Assembly (NCBI GenBank): GCA_037137935.1
Contig: JBAXJI010000001.1
Span: forward strand, 1,771-65,770
From: Candidatus Saccharimonadota bacterium
Lineage (GTDB): Bacteria; Patescibacteriota; Saccharimonadia; Saccharimonadales; AQU-01
Direction: 5' to 3'
DNA: 64,000 nt
Both the position numbers and the translations under genes were made by a program. Of this stretch, positions 11,999-20,778 are shown in pieces (the stretch's first letter is position 1; the number at the start of each line of letters is the position of its first letter). The notes under the pieces are model-generated. The model had not been told where the DNA came from, ran no database searches, and saw only the letters and a program-made list of their open reading frames with translations.

Positions 11999-13525
11999 AT
12001 GAGTGCGACCGTACAAAGCGTTATCGAATCGGGTTCTGCGGGCGTAATAATAGATGTGGAGTGCCATTTATCTAACGGCCTGCCCAGTATTATCATCGTC
12101 GGACTGGCCAACAAAGCGGTCGATGAAGCCAAGGAGAGGTTGCGCGGCGCATTTACTAATGCTGAGCTCAAGCTACCAAAGAAGCGCATTACTGTTAATC
12201 TAGCTCCCGCAGATATTCCAAAAGACAGCACAAGCTTCGATCTAGCTATAGCCACGGCAATCTTAATCGCCGGCAGCCAGACTAGCCAAGCTCTTGGCGA
12301 CAATACTTTAATGGTTGGAGAGCTCGCACTTAACGGTAGCGTTCGCCCAGTCCGAGGTATTATCGGTAAATTACTAGCCGGGCGTGAGTTGGGATTCGAT
12401 ACATTTTATATTCCCTACGGCAACGCTCGCCAAGCTCTACTAGTACCAAATATAACCATTATCCCCGTTCAGAATATCCGTGATGTTTATTTACACCTAA
12501 ATAATACTGTCAGCTTAAAATCTATCGCCACCAATAACGGAACCACCGGACGTGCTAAATCGTCGCCGGGAGATAGTACTAGCAGCGACTTTAAGTATGT
12601 TGTGGGCCAACACAGAGCCAAGCGTGCGCTCGAAATAGCTGCCGCCGGCTCACACAATGTTCTACTTAACGGACCGCCAGGCACCGGGAAAAGCATGCTA
12701 GCAAAAGCCTTGCCGACCATCCTGCCTGCGCTCAGCCCAGAAGAAATGCTCGAAGTAACTCATCTTCACAGCCTAGCCAGCAAACAATACGACGTGATTA
12801 TTCATAACAGACCGTTTCGTTCACCACATCATAGTGCGAGCGATATATCTATAATTGGTGGCGGGCAGTATCCTCGCCCTGGCGAAATTAGCTTAGCTCA
12901 CAGAGGTATATTATTCTTGGATGAGTTGCCAGAATTTGGTAGAGCTACAATTGAAGCTCTACGACAACCACTCGAAGACAAAATAATAAGCGTGGCGCGA
13001 GCGCGTGATAGCCTTGTCTTTCCGGCCCATTTTATCCTAGTTGCAACCGCCAACCCCTGCCCCTGCGGATATTACGGCACCAGCCATGAATGTAGCTGCA
13101 TGCCTCACCAAATAACCAACTACCAACGCAAATTATCTGGGCCAATTATCGATCGAATTGATATGTATGTAGATGTTGATGAAGTGGTTCACGCCAAGTT
13201 GCTAACCAGCGACGACCAAGAATCCAGCGCTGAAATTGCCGATCGGGTAGTTTTAGCCCGAGCTCGGCAGACTGAACGATTCCAGACTACTACCAAAACT
13301 AACAGCGATATGACTAATCAAGATATTAAAAAGATCGGCCTACTCTCTTCTGAGGCACAGGAACTGCTCAATCAGGCGGCTTCGCGGCTGCAGATTTCGG
13401 CTCGGCATTATATGAAGTCTATCAAGGTGGCTCGGACTATTGCTGATTTGGAAGGCTCAGAACAGATTACTCCGGCTCATATGGCGGAGGCCTTACAATA
13501 CCGCAAACGGACTATCACTTTTTAA
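11999..13525 (+). CDS. comM: Mg-chelatase-like AAA+ ATPase, competence protein ComM (YifB family)
   Basis: 508 aa. N-terminal Lon-like domain. Walker A LLNGPPGTGKS, Walker B FLDELPEF. C-terminal ChlI/YifB region with CPCGY Zn motif. Confidence 0.9.
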   Translation: MSATVQSVIESGSAGVIIDVECHLSNGLPSIIIVGLANKAVDEAKERLRGAFTNAELKLPKKRITVNLAPADIPKDSTSFDLAIATAILIAGSQTSQALGDNTLMVGELALNGSVRPVRGIIGKLLAGRELGFDTFYIPYGNARQALLVPNITIIPVQNIRDVYLHLNNTVSLKSIATNNGTTGRAKSSPGDSTSSDFKYVVGQHRAKRALEIAAAGSHNVLLNGPPGTGKSMLAKALPTILPALSPEEMLEVTHLHSLASKQYDVIIHNRPFRSPHHSASDISIIGGGQYPRPGEISLAHRGILFLDELPEFGRATIEALRQPLEDKIISVARARDSLVFPAHFILVATANPCPCGYYGTSHECSCMPHQITNYQRKLSGPIIDRIDMYVDVDEVVHAKLLTSDDQESSAEIADRVVLARARQTERFQTTTKTNSDMTNQDIKKIGLLSSEAQELLNQAASRLQISARHYMKSIKVARTIADLEGSEQITPAHMAEALQYRKRTITF

Positions 13526-13544
13526 TTAAAATCTATTTCTTTAT

Positions 13545-13790
13545 GCCACTTTTGGTTCGGCAAAAGATGGCGCAAAACCGAGGGGCGGTGTCTACTTCTT
13601 GATACAGTCTCCAGTCAAGCCTGACAACTGCCTGCGGAACTAGGCCCGCTCTATTACTTTGGGAGGGCGGGCCGTCAAACAGTCCTCGGCTAATAGTAGT
13701 CAGTTTGACGAGACATGTATCAGGAAGCAGTCAAGCCCCGTAAAAGACCATGGATGCCCGCTGGAGGCGGGCTATTTTTTACGGATCAGT
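13545..13790 (+). repeat. Conserved structured element, copy A, ending in an intrinsic terminator (gcccgctggaggcgggc + TATTTTTT)
   Basis: Shares ordered sequence blocks (cttttg..caaaag hairpin; cgcaaaaccgaggggcggtg; cggaactag; gtcaaacagtcctcgg; caagcccc; ggatgcccgctggaggcgggc) with the reverse complement of 14456-14690. Confidence 0.55.
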
Positions 13791-13818
13791 CATTATTTGT
13801 TAGTGTATAATCTCTCTT

Positions 13819-14454
13819 ATGAAATATGAAGTTCCTTTTGTTGCTAATACATCTGATGACTTGCACTGTTTACAGGCGGCTTACATGATGATTACAAAGT
13901 TTTTCCAGAAAGACTTCGATATATGTATGGACGAATGGTCACAACTTACCGGTTTTGAAACAGATAAAGGCACCTGGGCCAATGCGGGATTATTATGGTT
14001 TATGGACAATGGGTATGATGTCAGCCACATTTCCCTTTTTGATTACAAATCTTTCGTGAATAGCCCCGAAGACTACCTTGTTAAGCTCACAGGTGAAAAG
14101 GTTGGAGCTTGGCAGATAGCGCACACCAATATCCCTGCCGAAGTCAGTAGGGTTAAAAAGTTATTGGAATCTGGAGTAATAGAGAGACGCGAACCAACCA
14201 TCGAAGATATTAAGAACTTACTTGATGATGGATATTTAGTCCGAGTCATGGTCAACTCCTCTAGACTTAATGGCACGGACGGCTATATTGGCCATGCCGT
14301 ACCAATTATAGGGTATGATGAAGAGAATATAATTTTCCATGATCCAGGCCTTCCACCACTAGAAAATCGTAGAATAAGCATCAATGACTTCGAAAAAGCC
14401 TGGGCCGACCCCAACCCCGAATCAAAAGAACTCGACGCCATCAAACTCGTATAA
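13819..14454 (+). CDS. Papain-fold cysteine peptidase, peptidase C39-like domain protein
   Basis: 211 aa. Cys in DDLHCLQAAYMMI and His in GHAVPIIGYDEEN-IIFHDP are spaced as in C39/BtrH-like peptidases. Confidence 0.5.
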   Translation: MKYEVPFVANTSDDLHCLQAAYMMITKFFQKDFDICMDEWSQLTGFETDKGTWANAGLLWFMDNGYDVSHISLFDYKSFVNSPEDYLVKLTGEKVGAWQIAHTNIPAEVSRVKKLLESGVIERREPTIEDIKNLLDDGYLVRVMVNSSRLNGTDGYIGHAVPIIGYDEENIIFHDPGLPPLENRRISINDFEKAWADPNPESKELDAIKLV

Positions 14455-14455
14455 T

Positions 14456-14690
14456 TATTGCCCGCCTCCAGCGGGCATCCTTGGGCTTAGTGGGGCTTGG
14501 CGACGACCCGAGATAGATTCCTGCAAAAAGACAACAAACTTCTCCCCGAGGACTTGTTTGACGCTGCGGAGTAGCTAGTTCCGGAGGGCGTGTTGTCTTT
14601 TTGTTAGGAAGCTATATCAAGTTGGCGCCACCGCCCCTCGGTTTTTGCGTTACTTTTGCCGAGACAAAAGTAACAAGATGAAGTTGACCT
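14456..14690 (-). repeat. Conserved structured element, copy B (inverted relative to copy A)
   Basis: The reverse complement contains the same ordered blocks as 13545-13790, including cttttg..caaaag, cgcaaaaaccgaggggcggtg and the terminal ggatgcccgctggaggcgggc hairpin. Confidence 0.55.
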
Positions 14691-14712
14691 CTGATGTTCT
14701 CTCTGTTATAAT
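14684..14712 (+). promoter_or_regulatory. Sigma70-type promoter for the infC-rpmI-rplT operon
   Basis: TTGACC (14684-14689), 17-bp spacer, TATAAT (14707-14712). Confidence 0.6.
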
Positions 14713-14748
14713 GGGACGAACCTAAATGATAGCAAGGAGAACGAACTT

Positions 14749-15303
14749 ATCGCTAAACCGACTCGTCTGAACCATCTTATTCAGGCGTCACAACTACGTG
14801 TAGTGGACGAAGACGGCAAATTACTTGGCGTCATGTCGAAAGGTGAAGCTTTACGTTTGGCAGAAGAAGCAGGACTGGATTTGGTGGAGATTTCACCGGA
14901 CGCCAGCCCACCAGTAGCTAAAATTGTCGATTGGGGCAAGTTTAACTACCAGCGCACAAAGCAGCTTCAGAAGAATAAACGCAACGTCAAAGTGGTTGAG
15001 ATAAAGCAAATGCGCTTCGGTCTCAAGATTGGCGAAAACGATTTAGCCGTCAAATTGCGCAAGGTTACAAGCTTCTTGGAAGCTGGTCACAAGGTTAAAA
15101 TCGGAGTTTGGTACAAGGGCCGCGAAATGGCTCACCAGGAACTAGGTTATAAACTTGCGGCTAAAGTGATCGAGATGTTCGGGGACAGCATAGTGGTTGA
15201 ACAATCACCATCACTCGCCGGACGACAATTATCATTCGTAATAAGAGGTACAGGCAAAGCCTTACCTAACCTAAACCAGGAGAAGAAAAATGCCAAAGCT
15301 TAA
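14749..15303 (+). CDS. infC: Translation initiation factor IF-3, probably with a non-AUG start (ATC/ATT)
   Basis: Sequence ...RLNHLIQASQLRVVDEDGKLLGVMSKGEALRLAEEAGLDLVEISPDA matches IF-3. The reading frame is open upstream to a stop at 14692-14694. RBS AAGGAGA at 14734-14740 lies 8 nt before ATC at 14749. IF-3 genes classically use AUU/AUC starts. The ORF-track start (GTG at 14803) would truncate the conserved N-terminal segment. Confidence 0.85.
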   Translation: MAKPTRLNHLIQASQLRVVDEDGKLLGVMSKGEALRLAEEAGLDLVEISPDASPPVAKIVDWGKFNYQRTKQLQKNKRNVKVVEIKQMRFGLKIGENDLAVKLRKVTSFLEAGHKVKIGVWYKGREMAHQELGYKLAAKVIEMFGDSIVVEQSPSLAGRQLSFVIRGTGKALPNLNQEKKNAKA

Positions 15304-15484
15304 GTCACACAGCGGCACAAAAGACCGCATCAAAATCACCAAGAACGGCAAAGTACTACGCCGTCATTCGATGCGCAGTCACTTCTTGCAGAAGAAGAGT
15401 GCAGCTCGTAAGCGTAAATTAGCTGGCACCGAACAGATCGTCGGTAAATTTGCACGAAATATCAAGACAAGAATGGGAGTATAG
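15290..15484 (+). CDS. rpmI: 50S ribosomal protein L35
   Basis: MPKLKSHSGTKDRIKITKNGKVLRR... typical bL35. Overlaps the infC stop. Confidence 0.9.
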   Translation: MPKLKSHSGTKDRIKITKNGKVLRRHSMRSHFLQKKSAARKRKLAGTEQIVGKFARNIKTRMGV

Positions 15485-15829
15485 ATGAGAGTTAAACGAG
15501 GCGTCACCAGTCACGCCAGACACCAGAAGATTCGCAAAGCTACTAAGGGCTTCACTAGAGGCAACCGTAGCAGTATTAAAAGAGGCCGCCAAGCTGTTAC
15601 AAAGTCATTGCAGCACGCTTATCGCGACCGACGCAACCGCAAGCGAACATTCCGACAAGTATGGAATGCTCGTATTAATGCAGCTGCTCGCTTACACGAC
15701 ACTACTTACAGCCGATTAATTGCTGCCCTAAAAACTGCTAACATCATTCTAGATCGCAAGATCCTAGCTGAACTAGCTGTTAATGAGCCAAAATCTTTTG
15801 AAGCAGTAGTCAAAGCTACCAACAAATAG
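15485..15829 (+). CDS. rplT: 50S ribosomal protein L20
   Basis: MRVKRGVTSHARHQKIRKATKGFTRGNR... typical bL20. Confidence 0.9.
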   Translation: MRVKRGVTSHARHQKIRKATKGFTRGNRSSIKRGRQAVTKSLQHAYRDRRNRKRTFRQVWNARINAAARLHDTTYSRLIAALKTANIILDRKILAELAVNEPKSFEAVVKATNK

Positions 15830-15868
15830 ACCCATTCATAAATTAATAGCATTGAAGTCTTAAGAAAA

Positions 15869-15899
15869 ACACCGCCTTTTAGGGGCGGTGTTTTTATAT
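15869..15899. terminator. Bidirectional intrinsic terminator between convergent rplT and rnpB
   Basis: ACACCGCC-tttta-GGGGCGGTGT is flanked by an A-run upstream and TTTTTAT downstream, so both strands have U-tracts. Confidence 0.65.
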
Positions 15900-15901
15900 A
15901 T

Positions 15902-16270
15902 GCCAGATGATCTGTAAGCCGGGTTCTGTCCTCGTTTGCACGAGTTCTGATCATCTATCTAGGCCTAAAATTGCTCTTAGGCTCGAGCGGGTTTTGTGAA
16001 TTGCCTCGGCGGGACGCCTTATATGAGACATATCTCCTTGCAACGTACTGGGTTTACCTTCGTCTCATGTCACCATGAGATGCTGTGAGCTCTTACCTCA
16101 CTCGTTTCATCCTTACCGTCAGTCTTTCGACTGCTTAGGCGGTTTAGTTTCTGTGGCACTTTCCCTAGGGTTGCCCCCGGTCGCCGTTAGCGACAGTACT
16201 TCCCTGTGTTGCCCGGACTTTCCTACCGACCATTGTTGCCAATAGTCCGTCGATCAGTCGATTATCTGGC
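15902..16270 (-). ncRNA. rnpB: RNase P RNA (bacterial type A)
   Basis: The reverse complement contains GGAAAGTCCGGGC (P4 5' strand), GGGAAAGTGCCACAGAAA, GGTAAGAGCTCAC and the 3' ACAGAACCCGGCTTA (P4 3' strand). The terminal P1 pairs GCCAGAT with ATCTGGC. Confidence 0.85.
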
Positions 16271-16313
16271 TAATACATTATCCCACTTTTAAACCTAAAG
16301 CGCAATAGATATA

Positions 16314-17024
16314 TTAAACGGCTTTTAGGTCAGTATCATTCAAAATATCGTTAACCATACGGTCAGCTAACTGATTAAACTCTCTCGGTACATGAGTAAA
16401 ATTAACCTTTTTGAAGTTTTTAAGCTGATCAACAATAGCTTGGTGTATCGGCCATAAATCACGGTTTTTAATCTTAAATATGCCCTTCATTTGGTTGATT
16501 ACTAAGAGGCTGTCGAGAAACACATGCACCTCTTGAGCGCCCCGTTTATGCGCCTCATCTAGGCCAAGCTTTAGAGCCTGGTATTCTGCCTGATTATTAG
16601 TGGTAACTCCCAGATATAAACCGTTCTTAAAGATAACTTCGTCGTGCATATCTAATAAGACAAAACCGGCCGCAGAGGGACCAGGATTACCCCTAGAACC
16701 ACCGTCTGCATACAATTTAATTTCAATATCCTTGCCGATTTCAGCTGGCGATAACGTTGTGTTTTGCTCAACGAATTTTGTCTGAATCAATCTGTTATAA
16801 GCTGCGTCAATTGTCTCAGCAAGATGATGATCTTTGTTGGTAATAGTATCGCCAGCTTCGTGAGTAGATAACCAGATACCGACCTTATTCCATTCATTCT
16901 GCAATTTCGGATGGTGTTGCTGCTGCTCAGCCAGCTCAGCTACGGCCTCCATAAACTTAAAGGCCTCACGAAAGTTCTTAAAGCTAAATTCTTTGTATAA
17001 TTGATTGTTATCTATTTCCCACAT
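16314..17024 (-). CDS. rnhA: Fusion protein: N-terminal pterin-4a-carbinolamine dehydratase (PCD/PhhB) domain + C-terminal ribonuclease HI
   Basis: Residues 1-95 (FKNFREAFKFMEAVAELAEQQQHHPKLQNEWNKVGIWLSTHEAGD) match the PCD fold. Residues about 125-236 (IKLYADGGSRGNPGPSAAGFVL...NNQAEYQALKLGL...VHVFLDSLLVINQMKG) are RNase HI with DEDD catalytic positions. Confidence 0.7.
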   Translation of the reverse strand: MWEIDNNQLYKEFSFKNFREAFKFMEAVAELAEQQQHHPKLQNEWNKVGIWLSTHEAGDTITNKDHHLAETIDAAYNRLIQTKFVEQNTTLSPAEIGKDIEIKLYADGGSRGNPGPSAAGFVLLDMHDEVIFKNGLYLGVTTNNQAEYQALKLGLDEAHKRGAQEVHVFLDSLLVINQMKGIFKIKNRDLWPIHQAIVDQLKNFKKVNFTHVPREFNQLADRMVNDILNDTDLKAV

Positions 17025-17116
17025 ACGCTTATGTTAGCAGATGAGGCCGTTATCTAACAGTAGCCAAGATGTTATTTGTTATGAGCTGGCAATATTAAGG
17101 TGTAAAATAGGTCAGT

Positions 17117-18169
17117 ATGAAAATTAGCGACTACACCTACGATTTGCCCGATGAACGAATTGCTCAATTTCCGCCAGAAGTACGCGGCAGTAGCAGATTA
17201 CTGGTCTTAGACAAAGCATCCGGATCCGTCAGCCATCATCACTATTATGACCTACACGAATTCATCGAACCTGGCGATTTAGTAATCCTGAACGATACCA
17301 GAGTAATCAAAGCACGGCTATTAGCAGTCAACACTAACGGCCAGCCGCGTGAACTACTATTACTTGAGGAACACGCTGGTAGCGACCCATATAAGCGCCG
17401 AGTAATGTACCGAGGCGCTGTCCATAAAGACGAGCAGTTATCTGTCGGCAAAACAAAAATAACAATATCTGATATCTTGGACGGTGGACTCGCGATAATA
17501 ACCAGCGAGCACGACTTGCTGGCTTTAGCTGAGTTAACGGGTAAAGTTCCACTGCCTCCTTATATGCGCCGCGATGCCACCAAAAACGATACTGAACGCT
17601 ACCAAACCGTATTTGCTAATTTGCCTGGCTCGGTCGCCGCTCCAACCGCTTCACTTAATTTTACATACGAGCTAGAAAAGAAAATTATCGCAAAGGGCGG
17701 AAAGATCGCCTACCTAACTCTACATGTTGGGCTTGGAACATTTCTGCCAATTCGAGCCGACAATATCGAAGACCACATTATGCATAGTGAGTATTTCGAG
17801 ATTCCAAAGTCTACAGTAATGGCTATTCGTCAGGCCAAAAATTCGGGTCGTAAAATATTAGCCGTTGGCACAACTGTCGCCCGCACACTTGAGTACGTAG
17901 CCAAATCACAAAACTCCCCCCTGTTAAGGGTTAAACCCTTAACAGATGAGGAAAATGTGATTTCTGGCGAAGCCAATATTTTTATTTATCCCGGCTACGA
18001 ATTTAAAATTGTTGATACTCTGCTAACGAACTTCCACGCCCCCAAATCAACCGTCCTAATGTTAACCGCTGCCTTCGCCGGTTGGCAAAACTTAGAAAAA
18101 GCCTACAAAACTGCCATCCAAGAAGAATACGCCTTCCTATCCTACGGCGACTCAATGCTAATTAAATAA
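17117..18169 (+). CDS. queA: S-adenosylmethionine:tRNA ribosyltransferase-isomerase
   Basis: 350 aa. MKISDYTYDLPDERIAQFP..., LAVGTTVARTLE and other QueA hallmarks. Confidence 0.9.
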   Translation: MKISDYTYDLPDERIAQFPPEVRGSSRLLVLDKASGSVSHHHYYDLHEFIEPGDLVILNDTRVIKARLLAVNTNGQPRELLLLEEHAGSDPYKRRVMYRGAVHKDEQLSVGKTKITISDILDGGLAIITSEHDLLALAELTGKVPLPPYMRRDATKNDTERYQTVFANLPGSVAAPTASLNFTYELEKKIIAKGGKIAYLTLHVGLGTFLPIRADNIEDHIMHSEYFEIPKSTVMAIRQAKNSGRKILAVGTTVARTLEYVAKSQNSPLLRVKPLTDEENVISGEANIFIYPGYEFKIVDTLLTNFHAPKSTVLMLTAAFAGWQNLEKAYKTAIQEEYAFLSYGDSMLIK

Positions 18170-18224
18170 AACCTAGCAGGGAGTCTCCCTGCAGTTAAGT
18201 ACTACCACCGTTTAGGCCTAAATT

Positions 18225-18255
18225 AAAAACACCAAGCATGCTTGGTGTTTTTATT
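18225..18255 (+). terminator. Intrinsic terminator after queA
   Basis: ACACCAAGCATGCTTGGTGT palindrome followed by TTTTTATT. Confidence 0.7.
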
Positions 18256-18467
18256 AGACTGAGATGCCAACTTGATTAACTCTTGTTATCAAGGTGGGTA
18301 TCCTCACGCATCAACCACGGCTGATGCAAATATTAGATTCCCGTCAAATGAATATTGAGTAAATCATTTGATTGGCTGAAGGTATAAGCCCTCGGTTCCC
18401 AGCCTGCTTATATTATACCCCTACCCTCGCCTAATTAACATAAATAAATTATGAATTTTCGCGCGGG

Positions 18468-19118
18468 CTAGCCCAGCAATAATCTGATTACGCTGTTGTC
18501 TATTCTGACGATAATCTCACCCAATCCACTCGACATAAAAATCACCATAAAAATAATTATTATCATGAAACCGCTCGATTCCAGGCTAGCCATTAATCGC
18601 TGCAAAGGTTCTGGCGCAAAAGCATAGAGCAATCTCGAGCCATCAAGCGGTGGAAACGGAATCATATTAAAAACTGCTAGCGAAACGTTAACTATCACCA
18701 CAGTCAGCAGTATCTGAACCATGGTGCCAGAACCCAATATTACGGGTAATTTTAATAATATGGCTGCAATGATAGCTAAACTAATATTCGTTAGTGGGCC
18801 GGTGACTCCAATAATTGCTACACCAAATTCGTCATATTTAACTCTGGAGGGGTTAAATGGAACCGGTTTGGCAACAAAGAACGGCGGCAAGTGCGATAGG
18901 ACCAAAACTAATGGCAAAATTATAGAAGTGTAGAGATCCAGATGCTTCAACGGGTTTAACGTCAGTCTTCCCTGTTCTTGAGCAGTAGAATCGCCCAACC
19001 AATGTGCAGCAAAACCGTGCATGGCCTCATGTATACCAACCGAAAACAGTAAAACTGGTATAAAAATTATAATATTTATCGAACTGAAAAAATCATTCAT
19101 ACCAATAAAGTATAACAT
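18468..19118 (-). CDS. Membrane zinc metalloprotease, peptidase M50 (site-2 protease) family
   Basis: HEAMH (HExxH) lies within the first TM segments. Multiple TM helices. 216 aa. Confidence 0.65.
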   Translation of the reverse strand: MLYFIGMNDFFSSINIIIFIPVLLFSVGIHEAMHGFAAHWLGDSTAQEQGRLTLNPLKHLDLYTSIILPLVLVLSHLPPFFVAKPVPFNPSRVKYDEFGVAIIGVTGPLTNISLAIIAAILLKLPVILGSGTMVQILLTVVIVNVSLAVFNMIPFPPLDGSRLLYAFAPEPLQRLMASLESSGFMIIIIFMVIFMSSGLGEIIVRIDNSVIRLLLG

Positions 19119-19167
19119 CTATCGGCACTGTTGACCTTGCCGTCATTTTCCTGTAGAATAACACCTT

Positions 19168-19392
19168 ATGCAAGTATGTGATATTACCGGAAAAGGCAAA
19201 CAGTATGGAAACAATGTTAGCTTTTCGCAAAGACACACCAAAAAAGTATGGAAGCCTAACCTCCAGACTAAGACTGTTGTTGTTGACGGCAAAAAAGTTC
19301 GATTGAAAGTTAGCGCTCAGGGTATCCGTATCCTAAGAAAGCGCGGCATCATCGTTAACGAATACGCCCCAGTTAAACCAACAGCAGAATAA
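19168..19392 (+). CDS. rpmB: 50S ribosomal protein L28
   Basis: MQVCDITGKGKQYGNNVSFSQRHTKKVWKPNLQ...LKVSAQGIRILRK matches bL28. Confidence 0.85.
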   Translation: MQVCDITGKGKQYGNNVSFSQRHTKKVWKPNLQTKTVVVDGKKVRLKVSAQGIRILRKRGIIVNEYAPVKPTAE

Positions 19393-19406
19393 TCAAAGCA
19401 ACAAAC

Positions 19407-19440
19407 AAAATAACTCCGATAACTCGGAGTTATTTTTTTG
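19407..19440 (+). terminator. Intrinsic terminator after rpmB
   Basis: AACTCCGA-taa-CTCGGAGTT followed by TTTTTTTG. Confidence 0.7.
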
Positions 19441-19512
19441 ATGTAAGATAACTACCAATAAATTAGACGCATCAAAACAATTACGAACAAAGTTGATACC
19501 GTCGAGCAAATG

Positions 19513-20142
19513 CTACTGACGGCTCAAAACGACTAATTGCGTAGTGTCGCTAATGAAGTCGCTAGACTTGAGCTTTAGCTTCTCGACAGTCTCGCGTGGC
19601 TCCATGGCCAATTCTTTGATTGCCACCTCTAATTCCTGCTGAGGAACTGGGAAGTTGATATCGGCATCAGCGTAATGAGTTGGAATAACTAATTTAGGCT
19701 CAATCTTCTTGATCAACTTAAGCGCACCAATCGGGTCAAGCGTGTAACCGTTACCGCCGACCGGTATAAGCAAAACATCTACCATTCCTATAGCCTCAAG
19801 CTGCTCGTCTGCTAGTTCTGGATAGATGTGACCAAGGCTAACTAAGCTAATGTCATCCAAAATAATCTTGAATATAGTAGCCGAAGTCTTGCCTGGCTCG
19901 TCCATATGACTACGCGCAACAACTCCCTGAATAGACACATCAGAAACTTCATATTCACCTGGCTGATCGATTGCTACCTTAACATCTTGTGTTGGCAGTG
20001 GATGCTCGGTGCTAAAAATAGCGATATCACCAGCTTTAGTCACAGACTTTAGGCCCAAATCGACCAAGTTATCATCAATTGTAATAACGGCCTTCTTGCC
20101 TGTTATCTTGACACAGTTTGCACCAAAAAATTGTAAATCCAT
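19513..20142 (-). CDS. MBL-fold metal-dependent hydrolase (Lactamase_B_3-like)
   Basis: 209 aa. LLIPVGGNGYTLDPIGALKLIKKIEPKLVIPTHY resembles the YtkL/Lactamase_B_3 family. Confidence 0.45.
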   Translation of the reverse strand: MDLQFFGANCVKITGKKAVITIDDNLVDLGLKSVTKAGDIAIFSTEHPLPTQDVKVAIDQPGEYEVSDVSIQGVVARSHMDEPGKTSATIFKIILDDISLVSLGHIYPELADEQLEAIGMVDVLLIPVGGNGYTLDPIGALKLIKKIEPKLVIPTHYADADINFPVPQQELEVAIKELAMEPRETVEKLKLKSSDFISDTTQLVVLSRQ

Positions 20143-20147
20143 TTATA

Positions 20148-20768
20148 TTACTCCTTATCTTTTTTGTTTACGGGCGTTATCTTGTCGATTATTATTTGTT
20201 TCTTGGACGACAATACATCAGATAAAAAGCGGTCTTTGACTTCTTGACGGTAGTAAAAGTCAGCCAAAGTCATCGCGGTGAAGCGGAGCTCTTTGCCCTC
20301 TTTTGCTTCAAGTTCTGTAATAAATTTGCTTAGCTTAGTCTGATTAATATCACCAACGATTAGCACGTCCGTTCCGCTAGTATTATCGCGGGTCAGTACA
20401 CCGGTGTAAATGGCGTATTCGACATTACCAATCGACGTAATATCACCCTCTTGTTCTGCCGCACCACTTACTTTGGACTGTTTCTTGGAGCCAGCAGTAC
20501 CAAAAATCGCCGACAAAGCCGCGTAATAATCGTATTCTTGGTCGACTTCATAATATAGTCGATTATTTGTGCTATCAGATGTGATAATACCGACGCTTAG
20601 TAAGTTAGCGAGTTCTCGCCTTACTGAGTTAATTTGTTCATCAATTTTACGAGTGATCTCGCGAACATAAAATGCCCGATTCGGATTACCATAAAATAAA
20701 TGGAGTAGCTTAACGCGCGTCTTTGACCCAAATAGTTGCTCAATCATGCCCTTATTGTAGCAGACCAA
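20148..20768 (-). CDS. Winged-helix DNA-binding domain protein (putative transcriptional regulator)
   Basis: The N-terminal segment KTRVKLLHLFYGNPNRAFYVREITRKIDEQINSVRRELANLLSVGII is wHTH-like (ArsR/MarR-like). The C-terminal domain is unrecognised. Confidence 0.4.
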   Translation of the reverse strand: MVCYNKGMIEQLFGSKTRVKLLHLFYGNPNRAFYVREITRKIDEQINSVRRELANLLSVGIITSDSTNNRLYYEVDQEYDYYAALSAIFGTAGSKKQSKVSGAAEQEGDITSIGNVEYAIYTGVLTRDNTSGTDVLIVGDINQTKLSKFITELEAKEGKELRFTAMTLADFYYRQEVKDRFLSDVLSSKKQIIIDKITPVNKKDKE

Positions 20769-20778
20769 TAGGCTAATA

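Noticed and set aside
13545-13790. Possible SRP (4.5S) RNA because of the segment caggaagcagtcaagcccc
   Set aside because: Only a loose resemblance to the GGAAGCAGCCAAGG motif. A second, inverted copy with an insertion at that position exists 700 bp away, which is not expected for SRP RNA. No confident fold could be made by eye.
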